Source: Callorhinchus milii
Taxonomy: Eukaryota
Direction: 5' to 3'
Length of the DNA stretch: 64,000 nt
Assembly (NCBI RefSeq): GCF_018977255.1
Contig: NW_024704743.1
Location: 60,886,001 to 60,950,000, forward strand
The notes beneath the pieces were generated by a model. The model did no database searches. It worked only from the letters and a program-made list of their open reading frames with translations, and was not told where the DNA came from. The translations under genes and the position numbers were made by a program. Shown piece by piece: positions 38,281-52,831 of the stretch (positions are counted from its first letter, which is position 1; every line of letters begins with the position of its first letter).

Positions 38281-41200
38281 CAGGACGAAGGAAAAAAGAG
38301 AGAGGAAACAGAACAAGAAAAGAAACCAAGTCATTTGCATTTATTCATAATACCACAAAACTCCAACATCACTTTTGGTCTCTAACTCAAGTAGCTGGGC
38401 ACAGCAGATGTCGAGGGAGTTACTTTTTTGGCATCAGGTGTAAAGGAAGATGGTTATTTCAATATCTCACACAGTACTGCTTTCAGAAACCTGATTGAAA
38501 ATGGAGTTGGCCGCAGTAGACATGCGGCATTTCCAAGGCTGCTAGTTTTTTTTTAAATGGAAGTCACACTCTGAAGGCCTAACTGAGAATAATTTGAATA
38601 GTTTCTACCAGATTCACTGACTGCAAGCAGAGCACCAAAGGGTGTGGAACTCAGCAGCAACAGGCTGTATAAAAATGGAGCCACACACCTTGTGGTTCCA
38701 ACCAGATTAACCAAACCTGCGGATTTTATTTGTCACCTTCATTACCCTCCTCAAAAGAACCATTAAGGAACCTTAAAGAAATGCGATTTACTTTAGGCTT
38801 CTAAAGCCATGTCTTACTTTATTTCTTTGTGTTCAATTCATCACACAGTGATTAATTGATTTCACAGATGCTATTAGTTCCGAAAATTAAATGTGCACCT
38901 TATTTTCTCAAATTGAGGCTTTTTGCTGTGAAAGCGAATATAGAAAATACCTGCCTGAAGACAAAGCCACACACAGTGCAAGAAAGCGTAGCTATTTATT
39001 GTGAAAATTAATTTTCCAAAATTAAAGCATTAACAAATTCGCTAATCACTGTTTAGCCAGTCATTAATAAACTTGCTATTTGGCATGATTCCCAATGCAG
39101 AACCAAGAGACATAATTACTGCAGTTTTACAGAGAGACTGTGGACTATAGCAAATTGCAGCTTGGAGTGAGCAAGTCACAACAGAAAACGTGCAGGTCAA
39201 CAAAGGTCATTTGAGAACAAACATTTTAAAGTTGTCTATTAAAACGGCAGTGAAGGTATATTTTTCAGCTTCACTTAGTGTATATTGCGACCTTGTGGTA
39301 AGTTACTCTTAGAATATTCACTAAAGCACATGCATTGACATATAGAGTATGTTAAAACTGATCTTTCTCAATGATTAGTTCACTTTACATTGCAGTTTCT
39401 TCAAGCAAATTTAATTTAACTTGTTTATATACATGTATTTAATCAACAAACCATGACACCAAAATGTGTCTGCTGTAGCAATTGTCATTATGTGCTCTGA
39501 TGCCAAATGGTATCTTTGATAACCGACATTTAGGTAGAGACAAGACAGCTCTGTGCTGAGACAAAGGTAAGTAAGATGTTACTTAAGCGATATATGATGA
39601 CAAAATGTCTTATGGAATGTATAGTAGATCGGAATAGGTTCCTACTCAACAAAACTGTAGCTGGGGAGAGGAACCCAAGAAAGTTTGATTGCAGTTCCCA
39701 ACATGATGCTGTAATGAGAAGATAGTAAAGTTGGTACAAAATCCACAGTCACTGCAATCTACAGTAAATGCTGTGAGTGCCTTCAGACAGTTCAGTGATG
39801 TGATAAGGCACTCTACGAAATGCAACAATTATTATTACTATTTATATATTCTGATGAATGAGATCAAATGGGCTAAAGGGCCTTTTTTCATCTGAACCTC
39901 ACTTGAGATCCTGGAATAAAACAAAACTGGGACACTGGACTCCTATTACATAGAATGCAACATTCCATTTATTTCGAAGGCATTTCATTAATAGACTGAA
40001 CTATTTTGATTGCATAATGTAACGAATACAAAACCCTAACTAAGATTTACATAGCATCATTGGAAAATCAAAACCATTTAAGAAATGGTATACCCAAAGC
40101 ATTGATTTACACAACAGTGTAAAAACACTCACAAAAACAGCAATTAACCACACGTGACCCTCTAACTTGCTATATCATAAATGTTTGCCAATGGGAAAGA
40201 TACGTTTCTAAAGCACCAGTGTTATTTGTTACTCCACTGAATTGCATTTCTACAAAAACATTTTCATCCTTTTGAGGAATGACACTCAGGGTGTTTTCAA
40301 ATTATAAAAAAATTTTAAAGCACAGAATGAGGCCAATTGGGCTTGTCTGCCTGTGCTAGTATTTTTCTGTCTTGTTTTTCTAATAATAAGGGAGCCATAA
40401 ATAATTGTTTTCTAGCAGAGACCATAGCACATGAAACTACTGGAATGATAGTGTGTGCAGTTGCATTCTGCAATGTCACGGTCACAAGATTAAGAAAATA
40501 GCCAGAAAATATTACAGTTCAAATAAAGTTTGGGTCTTACTCAATGTAAAGGGATTAAAATCTGTTCATGAACTCCTTTTCAAATGTCTATGAGGCATCC
40601 AAGGGGCTAAATTGATTTTGTTGATCCTCCTATGTATTGGAGTTGTGCGTGCAAAAGTCAATATAAAGTAATTCTGTTATGTTAAGGAAGCCTTCGTCCT
40701 TCCACCACTGCTCCTGTCTCTCAACTATAAAATGTTTCTCTGTAAAAAGACCCAATGTAGCTAATGAGCATTATCTGAGTCCAGCACTAGATAGATAGAT
40801 CAGTTTCTTGAGTTTTAAGGTTAAAATAAATATCAATGTAGAACATTCTTGTCATCATATTCAAACTACAAAGGCAACCAAATCGGTATCATGACCATAC
40901 CTCCACAAGGATGATTATATTCTTATATTCCATTCATCAGTACTTGTGTCTTTTTGTACCTAAGTCAAATGAATTTGAGCAGTTTTCTATACAATAAATC
41001 CAAGTATGTTCCTTATGTAATGTGTAGTGTTCTGTTGCATTGTGAACGCCAGATTATGTTTCGGAGAACTAGGTGTAAATATTTCACCAGTGTGACTTAC
41101 CTGTGAACACCCCTTAAAAATGCTCATAGATTAATTTCTAATGCTTTTTTTTAACATGTACCATGTTTTCAGTGTTTGTTACTTATGTATGTTTGCTTAT

Positions 41201-41500
41201 TGTTCATTCATGTTTGAGAAATAATTCAGATGGCATCTCAACATGTTGATAGCTTTGTGTTTAAATACATCACTAATTAAAGTAAAAGAAACTCTGACTT
41301 CTGAGACAATTTTTGTTTAGACACAAAATATATGAATAAGTGACAATTAAAATTAAACTGAAAAACTATTGTTACTTTCATTTTAATAAGGGTGATTGTT
41401 ACATGCCTGAGATGTAAACATTTATTTGGATGTTTGACTCAAGTTAAAGGGATTAAAATGTAAAAAATGCTAATTTCTAACAGAACTTCTTAATAAACAA
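38281..41500 (+). other. CALCR: Probable long 3' UTR of CALCR
   Basis: About 3.2 kb, AT-rich and largely free of the SINE/LINE copies seen elsewhere. Several AATAAA hexamers; the one at 40993-40998 is followed by a GT-rich tract. True end unknown. Confidence 0.55.
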
Positions 41501-42004
41501 CATCAAACAGCAAAATTACATTTGTATAGCGCCTTTCATGTCGGGAGGACATCCCGAGGCTCTGGATAAATAAAGAATTTATGTAATTCACATAACCTGA
41601 GACCTCTGTCCAGTAAACAGAAGGATATCAAGCTTAAGTGAACTCCACTATGATACGATTTACTTTTGAAGCAGAGGTCCCATGAATTCCCAACTTAATT
41701 TGGAAATCCTGCATTTTAGATACCATCAAATAATAACCAATGATGGTGCCATGCCGGCATTATAGAACACAGGTCTGTTGCCTCAGTGCAGTGGGACACA
41801 GATTGGAACCCAACATTCTCTGGGTTGTGAATGGGAACCGGGCAGAAAGGATCACAGGATTATTAACCAAGGTTATTATTGCACATTTTCTAGCCACTAA
41901 CTTCAGAGCATTGATAACACAAATCTGATAACAGAGCTTTGCTTTGTTATTGAAGAAAATGAAAGCTGGAGACTGGATGAAAGAGCATTAACTGCCTCTT
42001 GTCT

Positions 42005-42325
42005 AATAATAATATAATAATAATCCTTGCATTTGATACAGCGCTTTTCACGTCTTCTCGACGTCTCAAATTGCTTCATAGTATAGACGGTAAAGTGAAT
42101 TAATTGTATATTTGTGGGAGAAACGCGGCAGCCAATTGCGCACAGAAGGGTCCCACAAACAGTCATGGATTGAAAATGACCAATTTATTATTGTTTGTTT
42201 TGGAGGGATTATTATTAGGCGTGTGGAGTAAGGAAACTTGCCCAAGGTATCGCCCTGCCTGGAATTGAACCCAGGTGTCCCATTTGCAAGGCGAGTGCCC
42301 TCACCACTGAGCTACAGGAATCCAC
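42005..42325 (-). mobile_element. SINE family A (internal deletion)
   Basis: (aat)n tail through to the ccactgagctacagga head. Confidence 0.85.
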
Positions 42326-42569
42326 TAATAGCTTGTCTGTCTATCAATGTCCTAGCACTAAAATGTTAATTTATGTGGTCATCTGAGAGAAGGTGGAATG
42401 ACGAGTTTTTGCTGATTATCCTAGGACCAGATAACAATCTGCTTAAGGAGACACAAACAGTTTTTTTTAATCAGAATAATCTTGCCAACTGATACCTTGA
42501 GAGAAGACGAGTTCTTCTTCTGACCTATGTGTGTTCATAACTGCATCAATGGAAATTGGACAGGGTGTT

Positions 42570-43310
42570 AGGCTGGCTCAGTTGGTAGTATTCTTTCTTT
42601 TGAGAAGGTTGTAGTTCCCAGCATCCACATCAGGACTTTGAGTTCCTAGTCAAAGATGATGCCCAATTGTGGTGTTAAAAGAAGAATGCACTGTTAAAGA
42701 TGCCATCCTTTCAGATGAAATGTTAGACCAAGGACTTTTCTGCCTATTAACAATAACATGACATTATTTGTCAGTCTGGGTCAGTTGGTACCATTCTCGC
42801 CTCTGAATCAGAAATTTGTGGCTTCAGGCCCCAAGTCGGAACTCATATAGTCTAAGCTCACACTCAGGTGCAGTGCTGGGTGGGGGGTGGGGTGGGGATG
42901 GTGCTGCATTGTCAGATGTGCTGTCCTTTGGCTGAGACATTAGACCATTTGTCTGTTCAGGTGGACGTTAAAGATTCCATGACACTATTCAAAAGGAGAA
43001 GAGTTTCCTGACCAACAAACCCCCAATTTAAATTGATCTTTTACTTCATGGCTGTTTGTGGGGCATTGCTGTGTGTACATTGGCTACTGTGGTCGTCCAT
43101 AAAACACACAGTATATCCTGTGAATCGCTTTGAAATGTCCGCCTGACATGAAAAGGTGCTATTACAAATATAAGGATTATTATTATTTAAAAAGAGAAGG
43201 GAATTTCTCCTGGTGTTGTGGACCAGGTTAAATTATTCATTTGTAGTTATTTGTGGGACATTGCTATACGCACATTGACTGTAATTTCCTAATCACTACA
43301 CTTTACAGAA
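42570..43310 (+). mobile_element. Deu-SINE (~42769-43188) nested inside an older Deu-SINE
   Basis: Outer copy stops at gacattatttg and resumes at aaaaagagaagggaatttctcc after the inner copy's (TTA)n tail. Confidence 0.8.
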
Positions 43311-44547
43311 AACTATTTAGATTAGCATCTTTTACTATTTGGATCTGGTGGATGCTAGAAATGCTAGGAGTTCATTTATATAGGGATTGAAAAATAATTA
43401 CTGAATCTGTTATGACATATAACCTTTTTCACTCATCTAATGATGTCGACAGAGCTGTTGAGTTCTTGGTAACAAAGATGCCAGAACAGATAATAAAAAG
43501 AGCATTCTTGAGAGGGTCCACTGTTCAGTATAAGAAACACTGACAATTTGGTTTGTTTATTGTCATCTGAGACTCTTTTCGGGGCAATATTATCATTATG
43601 CCATTCATTTGAGGAAACAAGAATTTCTCTCTTGTAAGGCACACATACATTCCTGAAAACAGATGGCAAGCATCCATACAATTTCCAAATACTTGCTAAT
43701 AGTTGCCTTTAGTGATCTGGATGGATATCAGATGGAAGAAGTTAATTGCAAGATTCAGTTTTGGTCACAAAACATACAGTTAATTCACTTTACAGTGTAT
43801 TCCGTGAAGCCCTTTGAGACGTCTCAAAGACATGATAAAGCACTATATCAAATGCAAGGATTATTATATATTATTATAAGTTCTAAGGTCTTCTAATAAT
43901 TGTTGCACTAATGATCTTGGCAAAGGTACATCAACTTGCATTTATATAACGCCCTTCACACAGGATTGCAAAAATGGCTCATTTGATGGATAAGCATCTT
44001 TCCACAAAGTTTTTTTTCAAATGTTTCTCTCTGAGCAAAGCAACACTTAAGGGTAAGAATCAAAGCAGGGTTCCTGCTCCCAATTGCTATCCTGCTACAG
44101 GATAGGAGGGCTATGATCTAATTGGCTCCTGCATGAACAGTGACCACTAACTGTGACTAAGTAACAAAGGACACCCAGAGACGCTGGAACCATGTCCCAA
44201 TAGAAGGAGAATGGAGAAACATTGGTGGAAAATGAGAAAGAATACTGGAACTTGCTTTGGATAATTTCTACTTGATAAGTATTCTGAAGTCCAAATATTT
44301 TCTGGTCTATAAATATTAGAATGAAAGACAAAGAGCAAAAATCTGGGTGTACTCTAATATCCCATTCAGACAGGGATGAACACAAGCATTACAAAGCAGA
44401 GAGGTGGGGCTCTGCTCTTTGTGCTTTTACTGGCTCATGACTACATTGCTTCACATGCACTCACTATCTACATTTAGGAAAATGTTTAAAAGAAGGGATA
44501 TAGAATAAAGACAAGGCTAATCACAAAGTGCAGAGGTCTGTTTCCAA

Positions 44548-44985
44548 TATTAATAAATAATAGTGCTTTCATTTGATATAGTGTCTTTCATGTTGGGAGA
44601 GCATCTCAAAGCACTAGCCATAGTGCATATGGTTGCATTTTATAGGCAAACATGACAGTTTGCAGTGTACACCAATGTCCTTAAACAACCATGAAGTGAA
44701 TGACTCATTTTATTTGGTGGATTGTTGGTCAGGTCATTGGGAGAAACTCCTGTTTCCTTTCAAATAGTGCCACAGGATCATTACCATTCACCTGAACCGG
44801 AATTGGGGCCCTCACTTTACCATCTCGTCCAAAGGACAGCACCTCCGACAATGCAGCATATCCCCAGCACTGTATTGGAGGGTCACCATAAATTATCTGA
44901 GTTCAAAGTCCTGATGTGGGGCTTCAACCCACAATCTTCTGATTCAGAGACAAGAGTGCTTCCCATTGAGTCAGGCTGATACAAC
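44548..44985 (-). mobile_element. Full-length Deu-SINE
   Basis: Tail, Deu core and head are all recognisable on the minus strand. Confidence 0.8.
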
Positions 44986-46039
44986 GACAATGGTGTGACC
45001 TGATGAGATCAAATGGACATTGTTCATCTGAATTAATCTTTTGACTTTTTGATTATGAGCACTGAATGGCAAGCTTCCTGCTGTTTGTTCAGCTGGGATC
45101 ATCTGACTTGTTAAAATTTGATTTTACAGGATTAACAGGATCTGAGAGGAAATAATTATTGCCCCTAACGACTGGTCTGCCCCTCCAATTCCTGCAGACA
45201 AGTCAGTCTGGGTGGTTTGACATTAACAGTGCCTTGGAGTTCCTCAGCAACTCAGCAACCAAACGTTTAAGACAGCCATGAAGGATTAAATTAAATTACA
45301 ATATACCATTGCCAGGCACATCACTTGTGGCTAATTTGGCCCCAAGGAGACCACGTTTCCCTCTGCCCCAAGAAGGAAACCCTTAACTATGAACTATAGT
45401 ACATATCACAACTTCTGAGGCAGTGCATATGTTTTTTGTGTTTTCTTTGTAACGGAGACAATTCAAAGGGTCTGATTTTTCAGCAAGACTCATGTACAGT
45501 TGTCAGTCTTCAAAGCCAGTCAACCATACTTTTAATTCATAAATATTTTATATTAAAGCGAAAATCACCATACATGTACATAAAGAATAGATGATGGAGC
45601 TCAGTCGGTTATCTGAAGCGTGAACAATTTAGTCATGCCCTAATTCATCACTAGTTTTGTTTCCCTGTAAACCGTTGAGAATTTTCCAGTTTATCTCGCT
45701 TGTTTTTTCCAGTTTACATAAGGTATTTTTTTATAGATTGAAACATCTTAACAGGTTTATTCAGTGGTGACTAACCATCAAGAAGCCTGGGTGATTCATA
45801 ACACAGAGTTGCTGGGATGCCATGCAGCCCCTTGGCAATGGTAAGACCAATGCAGGGGTTGGGCTGGGTTTACAATTGTATAGCAGTAGAATTTAACATT
45901 CAAAAAATTGCTTTTTTAATATAAGGCAGTAGGAAATGGACATTGGAACAAAGGTGAAATAATGTAATTGGTATAAAATGATTAGCAAGAGAGAGGGCAG
46001 TTGAAAAGATTGCCTCCTCTGGGTATGAACAGATTTGTT

Positions 46040-46470
46040 TCAAGAGACAAAGAGGGTTGTGGGTTCAAGCTTCACCTACATCAGGACAGGCAGTGACTGT
46101 GCTGAGACTGTGCTATACTGTCGGAGGTGTCATCCTTCACTTGAGACTTTAAACTAAGGTCCCATGCACGTACAAGTGGACCTTAAAGATCCCCTGGCAC
46201 TAGAGCCTTCCGAGTTGTTACCCTACGTGAGGGTGCTATATAAATGCAAGTTGTTGTTGTATTTGGAAACAGAAGGAAGTTTCGCCCAATGTTCTGACGA
46301 CTAACACTCCAAAAAAAACATTCACTTCATAACTGTTTGTATGAATTAGCTGTTGCATTCACCTACAAAATGTACACTTTACAATATATCCTGCGAAAGA
46401 GCTTTGAGACATTCTCCTGACATGAAAGGCACTATACCAAATGTAAGAATTGTTGTTTTATTTATTATTT
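46040..46470 (+). mobile_element. Deu-SINE with a ~60 bp L2 tail inserted (~46201-46260)
   Basis: aaagatcccctggcact | ..accctacgtgagggtgctatataaatgcaagttgttgttgt | atttggaaacagaagg. Confidence 0.8.
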
Positions 46471-47109
46471 ACCTCAATGCACAAATAGTAATAATATATT
46501 GAAATTATTTTCATCCCATGTGTTATGAATTTGATTCCAAACAAGGATTGTTATTTTGATGTGAGGTGGCGGTTCACTGGGAAATAAACCACACGGGAAT
46601 ATCACTTCATAGAAATAGGATTTTAATCAAGTCTCTAGATGAACATTGGCAGAACAATAGACGAGTCCCAATGGGAATTGTGTTCATCCAGTGAGAGAAC
46701 CCAATAGAATAATATATTAATCAATTTCAATGCCAATACTGATAATGGAGGGAAAACCAGACCTTTATTGGTACCTATTTTGTTGCTTGTCAGATGGAAG
46801 TTGATGACTGCAAGAAACCCATACATCACTACTGATATACTGTATGTTGCAGCAGGATATTTAGCTTTCATAGAGAGTGCCAGACAAGATGAATTCATTG
46901 TAATTTTACAATAGATAATATTTTGAATGGGTCAATGGTGCAGTCTTAGAACACCCTGGAACACTTCAATTATAATAATAATAATCCTTGCATTTAATTT
47001 AGAGTCTATAATGTTGAAAAATCTCAAAGCACATCACAGATAATTGTTGTCAAGTGCAATAACTGTATATTTATAGGAATATTTGTAGGTGTATTTAATA
47101 TAGCTTTTA

Positions 47110-48630
47110 GTGTCAAACTGGTTCTGTTCATAGCACACTTGCCTCTGAGTCAGCATATTGTGGGATAGAGGCCCACCTCGCAACTTTGACCTTCTAGACA
47201 GGGCTGACACTTCAAATCAGTGCTAATGGGCACTGCATTGTCCAAGGTGCAAACCTTTGGAGGTGAGACAATGCACCAAGGTCTAGTCTGCCAATTCAGG
47301 TGGACCTTGAAGATCCTATGGTGTTGTTCAAAAAGAGAAGGGAATGTCCTGACTAGTAATCCTCTAGATAGAAATAAGTAATTTGCTTTATGGCTGATTG
47401 TAGGACATTGAATGCCAATTGATTGCTGCTTCTGTCCATAAATACACAGGCGCTACATTTTACAGAAAACTCTTTGAGACATTTTGACATGATACAGCGC
47501 TAAATCAAATGCAAGGATGATTATTATTCATGCCGACTGAGATATGAGTTCATGTAACCACATAGTCATTAATCAATGTCCCTTCATTTTTCTTCCTTTG
47601 CAATATGCACACAAGCAAGATTGGTTTAGACATGAAATATAACAGAATATTTTTCTCACAAGATAGTTTTAAGATTTAACATAGTTGTCAAAAAAATGAG
47701 GGGAAATGAGGAGAAATGTTTTCACACAGGGGCATTATATACGTTCAAGTTATTGTTGTTACTGTGAAGTGTAAAGACTGTGTATTTGTAGGCAAATGCA
47801 GCAGCCAATTTTGCATTAAGTAATGTCTTACAAACAGCCATGAAGTGAATGACAAATTGTATTTGGGGGATTGTTGGCCAGGACATTAGGAGAAACTCCC
47901 TTCTCTTTTCGAATAGGGCCATGGAATATTTAATGTCCACCTGAATGGGCAGACTGGACCTCAGTTTATCAGTTCAACCAAAGGACTCCACCTCCAACAA
48001 TGCAGCACATCCCTTTGTATTGTATTGGAGTATCAGCCTGCATTGTGAGTTTAAAGTGTCAAAGTGGCTTTTGACTCCATAACCTTCTAGCTCAAAAGTG
48101 AGGTCTTGCCAACTAAGCCAGGCTGACATATGAAGAAGAAACATACAAAATGGTTTATTATTTTGTTCATTCAGCCTCTGCCCCCACACTCTGGAACTCC
48201 ATCCCACGGTCCCTTTGTCTCGCTTCCTCCCTGTGCCTCATTCAAGGCCGGTCTCAAGACTCTTCTCTTCGACCGTGCCTTTGGTCTCTCTCCCACCTCT
48301 CTGTCTTCCCTCACCCCTACACCACCCCTCCCCCATGCTCAGGCCCCAATACCTGACTGTTCAGCGCTTTGGGATGTCCTCCCGAAAGGCGCTCTATAAA
48401 TGTAATTTTGTTATTGTTGAGTAATGATGAGTCCTGTTCCCTTCTTAGTAATTTGCCATTCACTTCATGGCTGTTTGTGGGAAATTGCTGTGTGCAAGTG
48501 GGCTGCCTTATTCTATATGCTATATGAAATGCGCAATCACTATACTTTACAGTAAATCCTATGAAGTGCTTTGAGACATTCTCCCACGTGAAAGGTGCTG
48601 TACCACCTGCAAGCATTATTATTATTTACT
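47110..48630. mobile_element. Cluster: Deu-SINE (+, ~47110-47528), Deu-SINE (-, ~47750-48128), L2 3' end (+, ~48170-48418), SINE tail (+, ~48455-48627)
   Basis: Each piece matches other copies in the window. Confidence 0.78.
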
Positions 48631-49309
48631 TGTACTCTATAATACATCAGTGTGCTCAACTCCCGTGTTGATGTCTCAGTGGTGGCACAGCTAGTTGGGG
48701 AGGCGGATGCATAAATGTTTCGAATGATTGATTATAAACTCAGGAAAATAGATGGCGACCCTCTCTAGTAGTGACTCAGCTGCTAGAATAGCTTTGCTCT
48801 CAAAGATAATATGGCATCTAGCCTAAGTTTAATGAATTTGTAGTTCTCAGTTGATGCCTGCTTAATCACAGGACTGACCACAGTGCCCACATCCTGCCTA
48901 ACATATTCAAATGCGCTCTATTGTAGTTCAATGAGCCATAAGACAGTCATCCACCATGCTGAGACCAATTTGGATGGTATCCCAAATGTCTGCCTACCCA
49001 GCACATGGAACAGACTGCAGAGCATCCTTCCTCTTGGATAAATCATGCAGAATGGACTGCAGGCTGTCCTCCCTGTTGTGTCCACCAACAGACCAAAACA
49101 GCAATGGAGTTTGCATAACTAATAGATTCCAGAGCACGATGCTATCAAGCTTATGGCACTCTGCATGTTCCGTTCGCCTCAGTGCAGTAGACTTTTATTC
49201 CCATTGACTGGTTCAGTCTGATTGATTATAAGCTCGGGGAAATTGCAGAAAGTGGACGTGCTAAGGCACTATGTCAAATGCAAGGATTATTATTATTACA
49301 ATGTACTTG

Positions 49310-51180
49310 TGGTGTCAGCTTGCTGCAGGTTGTAGAGGTTTCACTGCTGGTTCATAAAATTGTAGTTTAAGTGCCCACATCAGGATTTGGGCTTATAGGG
49401 TAGTAATAACCCATTACAGTACTTGGGTGCTGCATTGTTGGAGGTGCATCCTTTGAATATGACCTTTAGCTGAGGTTCCATCTGCCTGGTCTTAGATGGA
49501 CAGTGTTCAAAAAGAGAAAGAATTTATCCTGATGCTTACAAACTTTCAGAATAACTGAGGTGGGTGTTTGCAGACAAACTCCTTGCTGTGCACAAATGGT
49601 TGTCACAGTTTCCCGCATTTTTGTAGGAATTACTTCTGAAACATTCTGAGGTGTTTTGATCTAACAAGGCACTATAAAAATGCAAGTTCTATATAAGCTT
49701 TATGGAAATATAGAGGTTATACCACCCAAGGGAAACTAGCTGAGTCAGAGAGCATTACCTTCTAGGTGGTAAGACGTAATATCCATCCATCAGAATATAG
49801 GGCTCATCTGTCTGATTTCTCAGTGTTTGAAATCTTGCCAGTTGTGTTTAGCTTGTTTTTAATGTCATTCACTGGCTACATGCAGCTATTCTTTCTGGGA
49901 TATTGCATCTTGCCATGCAAAGATTTGCACAGCATCAATCTTGTGCTATTCTTTTTATTACCCTTTCCTGTTCAATGACATGTACTGAAGTAGAAATACT
50001 GTGACATAAAGTTAGTGACCCATAGTGACTCATTTTCATCCATTCAAATCCCTTGAGGGTTTTTTTACACATGCAATTGTTTGTGAGCCTGAAGAAGCTA
50101 GTCAACAAGGTGTCATGCTAACAGGAGCATTAATCAATTGTGGCAGCAGTTCTATTCTGTGCTGTTTTATTCTGCACTCCTTTTTAACCAGTCATTTTAT
50201 TTAGTTGCTACTTTAAGTGGAGACCCATCTTTACATAAAAAGTACATTTCACTGTTGACTCAAAAGTCAAATACAGTTTTTTTTTTGCTCTCTGAGCACC
50301 ATCCTTCATGTGGCAGCAAATCAGTCTGAGAGACATATAGTATACAGTGTGGAACCTGAAAGGCCAGTGCAACTAGTCTCCTAGCAGCTGCTTCTAGGTG
50401 AGGATTAAAGTAGGTTATGAAGCCGATGTAAGAAATATTGCTCCTATTACTGGGTGCAAAAATGGACAATCGATATGTGTCCTTGATTGGTTATGAATTA
50501 CATCATAGAAATTCTGAACTATGTGATATTGTGAACCACTGCAGATTTTGTGTGTAATAATAAAACACCCCATGTTGCTTTGCCTCCATGATTACTTTGG
50601 CATTTTGACTCAGTTGGTAGCACTCGCTTCTGAGGGTCAGAATGTTGTGGGTTAAAACCCCAGGAGGGACGAGGCTGAGCTAACATTCCAGTGCAGTATT
50701 GGAAGAGTGCTACGTTGTTAGTGAAGCCACATTTCAGTTAAGACTCAGACTTGCTGCACATCCCCCGCCTCCTCCGCACCGCCATTGTTGACTGAGTCTC
50801 CAGTACAACATTCCTAACCTCTGGAGCTCTCTTCCGCTACCCCTCCATCTCACCCTTTCTCTATCTATCTTTAAACCGTGCCTAAAAACCTACTTATTCA
50901 ACAATGCGTATAGTCATTCTCTCTTCCCTCTCCACATTTTCTCCTTTACGGTGCATTTTGACCCCTATTTTCAGGTGGATGTTAAAGATCCCACAGAACT
51001 CAGAGAATGGAGTTTCTCTAAGTGACTTGGTCAAAAATCCTCCAAATTAGTTGTTGAATCACCTCATGACATTCTTAGTATATTTGCCTACCACTTTCAC
51101 CTACTATAACAGCCACTAAAATTAATAGCAAATATATGTGAAGCACTTTGAGACATTTGCACATGGTAAACTATTATAAA
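49310..51180 (+). mobile_element. Two old Deu-SINEs (~49310-49690 and ~50600-51170), the second interrupted by an L2 3' fragment (~50745-50920)
   Basis: Head and core motifs present. L2 remnant ctctggagctctcttcc..ctttaaaccgtgcctaaaaacctacttattc. Confidence 0.65.
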
Positions 51181-51602
51181 AATACAATTGCTTTCTTACA
51201 TGATAATGCTGAAAAGTGACCTGCGGCTACCTGCTATAAAAAGTAAACTCCAAGAGGGACCAACAGGGACCAGAAATAGCTTCACAATCCTCCTGCCACA
51301 GATTTCAGTCCAAGAAAGGCTCACGTCTGACATCTTCCAAACAAGCTTCTCAGTTTTGCTGTTATCAGCAGTGACTTGAAATCGAGGAGCAATCTCACAG
51401 GAAGAACAAAACAATCAAAGGTCATCTTGCTTCTCAGAATGCATGATTTCTGTCAGTGAAACACTGAGAGTGTTGGCATTGAAGTCATGATTGTGGATTT
51501 CCTATTCCATGCTGAACAGGGCAATCTGGAGACGAGTAGCCACACCTAGAAATCTTGTGAAACCTCTGGTACAATGAATTATTCTTACTGAAATTACTTA
51601 TA

Positions 51603-51780
51603 GTAATAATAATAATAATCTTGCATTTGATATAGCCCTTATCACGTCTTTGAGATGTCTCAAAGCTCTTCACAGAATACACTGTAAAGTGAATTGACTA
51701 TATTTTGTGGGCGAACACGGCAGCCAATTGTGCACAGCAGTGTCCTACAAACAGTCGTGGATTGAAGTGACCAATTTTAA
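51603..51780 (-). mobile_element. SINE family A 3' part
   Basis: (aat)n-cttgcatttgatatagcccttatcacgtc. Confidence 0.82.
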
Positions 51781-52792
51781 AGGCTGCTGGTTTCTAAACC
51801 GTCAACAAATTCTGTATTGAAGCGAGCACCAAACTTATAGAGACTGTTTTAAAAAAAACTATTACCTCAGTATTATGTCCAGACATCCCAATTTCAAATG
51901 TCCTTTTAGGTTCGCTTATAAATTCACATTGATAAGATGAACTGCAGATGAGCCTGCAAATTTGAAAACAGTCATGCAACAAACAAGTTAAAGACTTAAT
52001 ATTCAGATTCAAGCTCACTTAATTAAATTAAACATTTTTGTCAACACTCCAAAGAAAACTTAATGTCTCACCTTAAGAAAGAACATAATTTGCTCTACAC
52101 TCAGAATAATTTAGTTAGTTGCTCTGGCTTTCTGACCTTGAAAATGTAATATATAATTCCCTCAAATTAATTGGATCCAAGACAATGTTCTCCTTTATAT
52201 TAAATAAAAATAGAGATAACATATTATTCCCTTGCACATAGTCAGGATAAGTCTTCTATGCCTCTGTTTTTTGTTCTCTGACCGTTATTAAGGGTGAAGG
52301 AAAATGAATTCTCTTCAGTGTTCTTAAGATTGTAGAGTAGAAAGAAATATATTATTCCTTGAAGAGAGCAGGGATTACAGTGAGCCAGGGGAATTAAAGC
52401 AACTACAAAGATCGCCAAACCCTTTTTTGTCGATTAAATTTAAGTGTAAGAAAATATAGCTGTTTTCAGACTCTCTTGTCAGTTTGTATGATAATCACAA
52501 CACATGTTTTTGTAATAGAACATCTGATTTATTGACTTGCCAATATCCCTTCAAGAGAAACAGGATGAAACTATCAGCTGAAGGGCACACGTCATAAACT
52601 GCTGCTGGTCCATATAAATATATAAATCACAACATCTCATTCAAAGCAACTTTATCAACTTGACTCGGAGGCGGACAGGATTGCATTCATCTGCCAGCTC
52701 ACTGGCATTTCTGCTGCTTCAGTCTGTAAGGATTGACAGTACTAAAGCGTCTCCCATTATGCAACATAATATTGAGAAAAGGCAGGAAGGTA

Positions 52793-52793
<1 letters not shown>

Positions 52794-52831
<38 letters not shown>

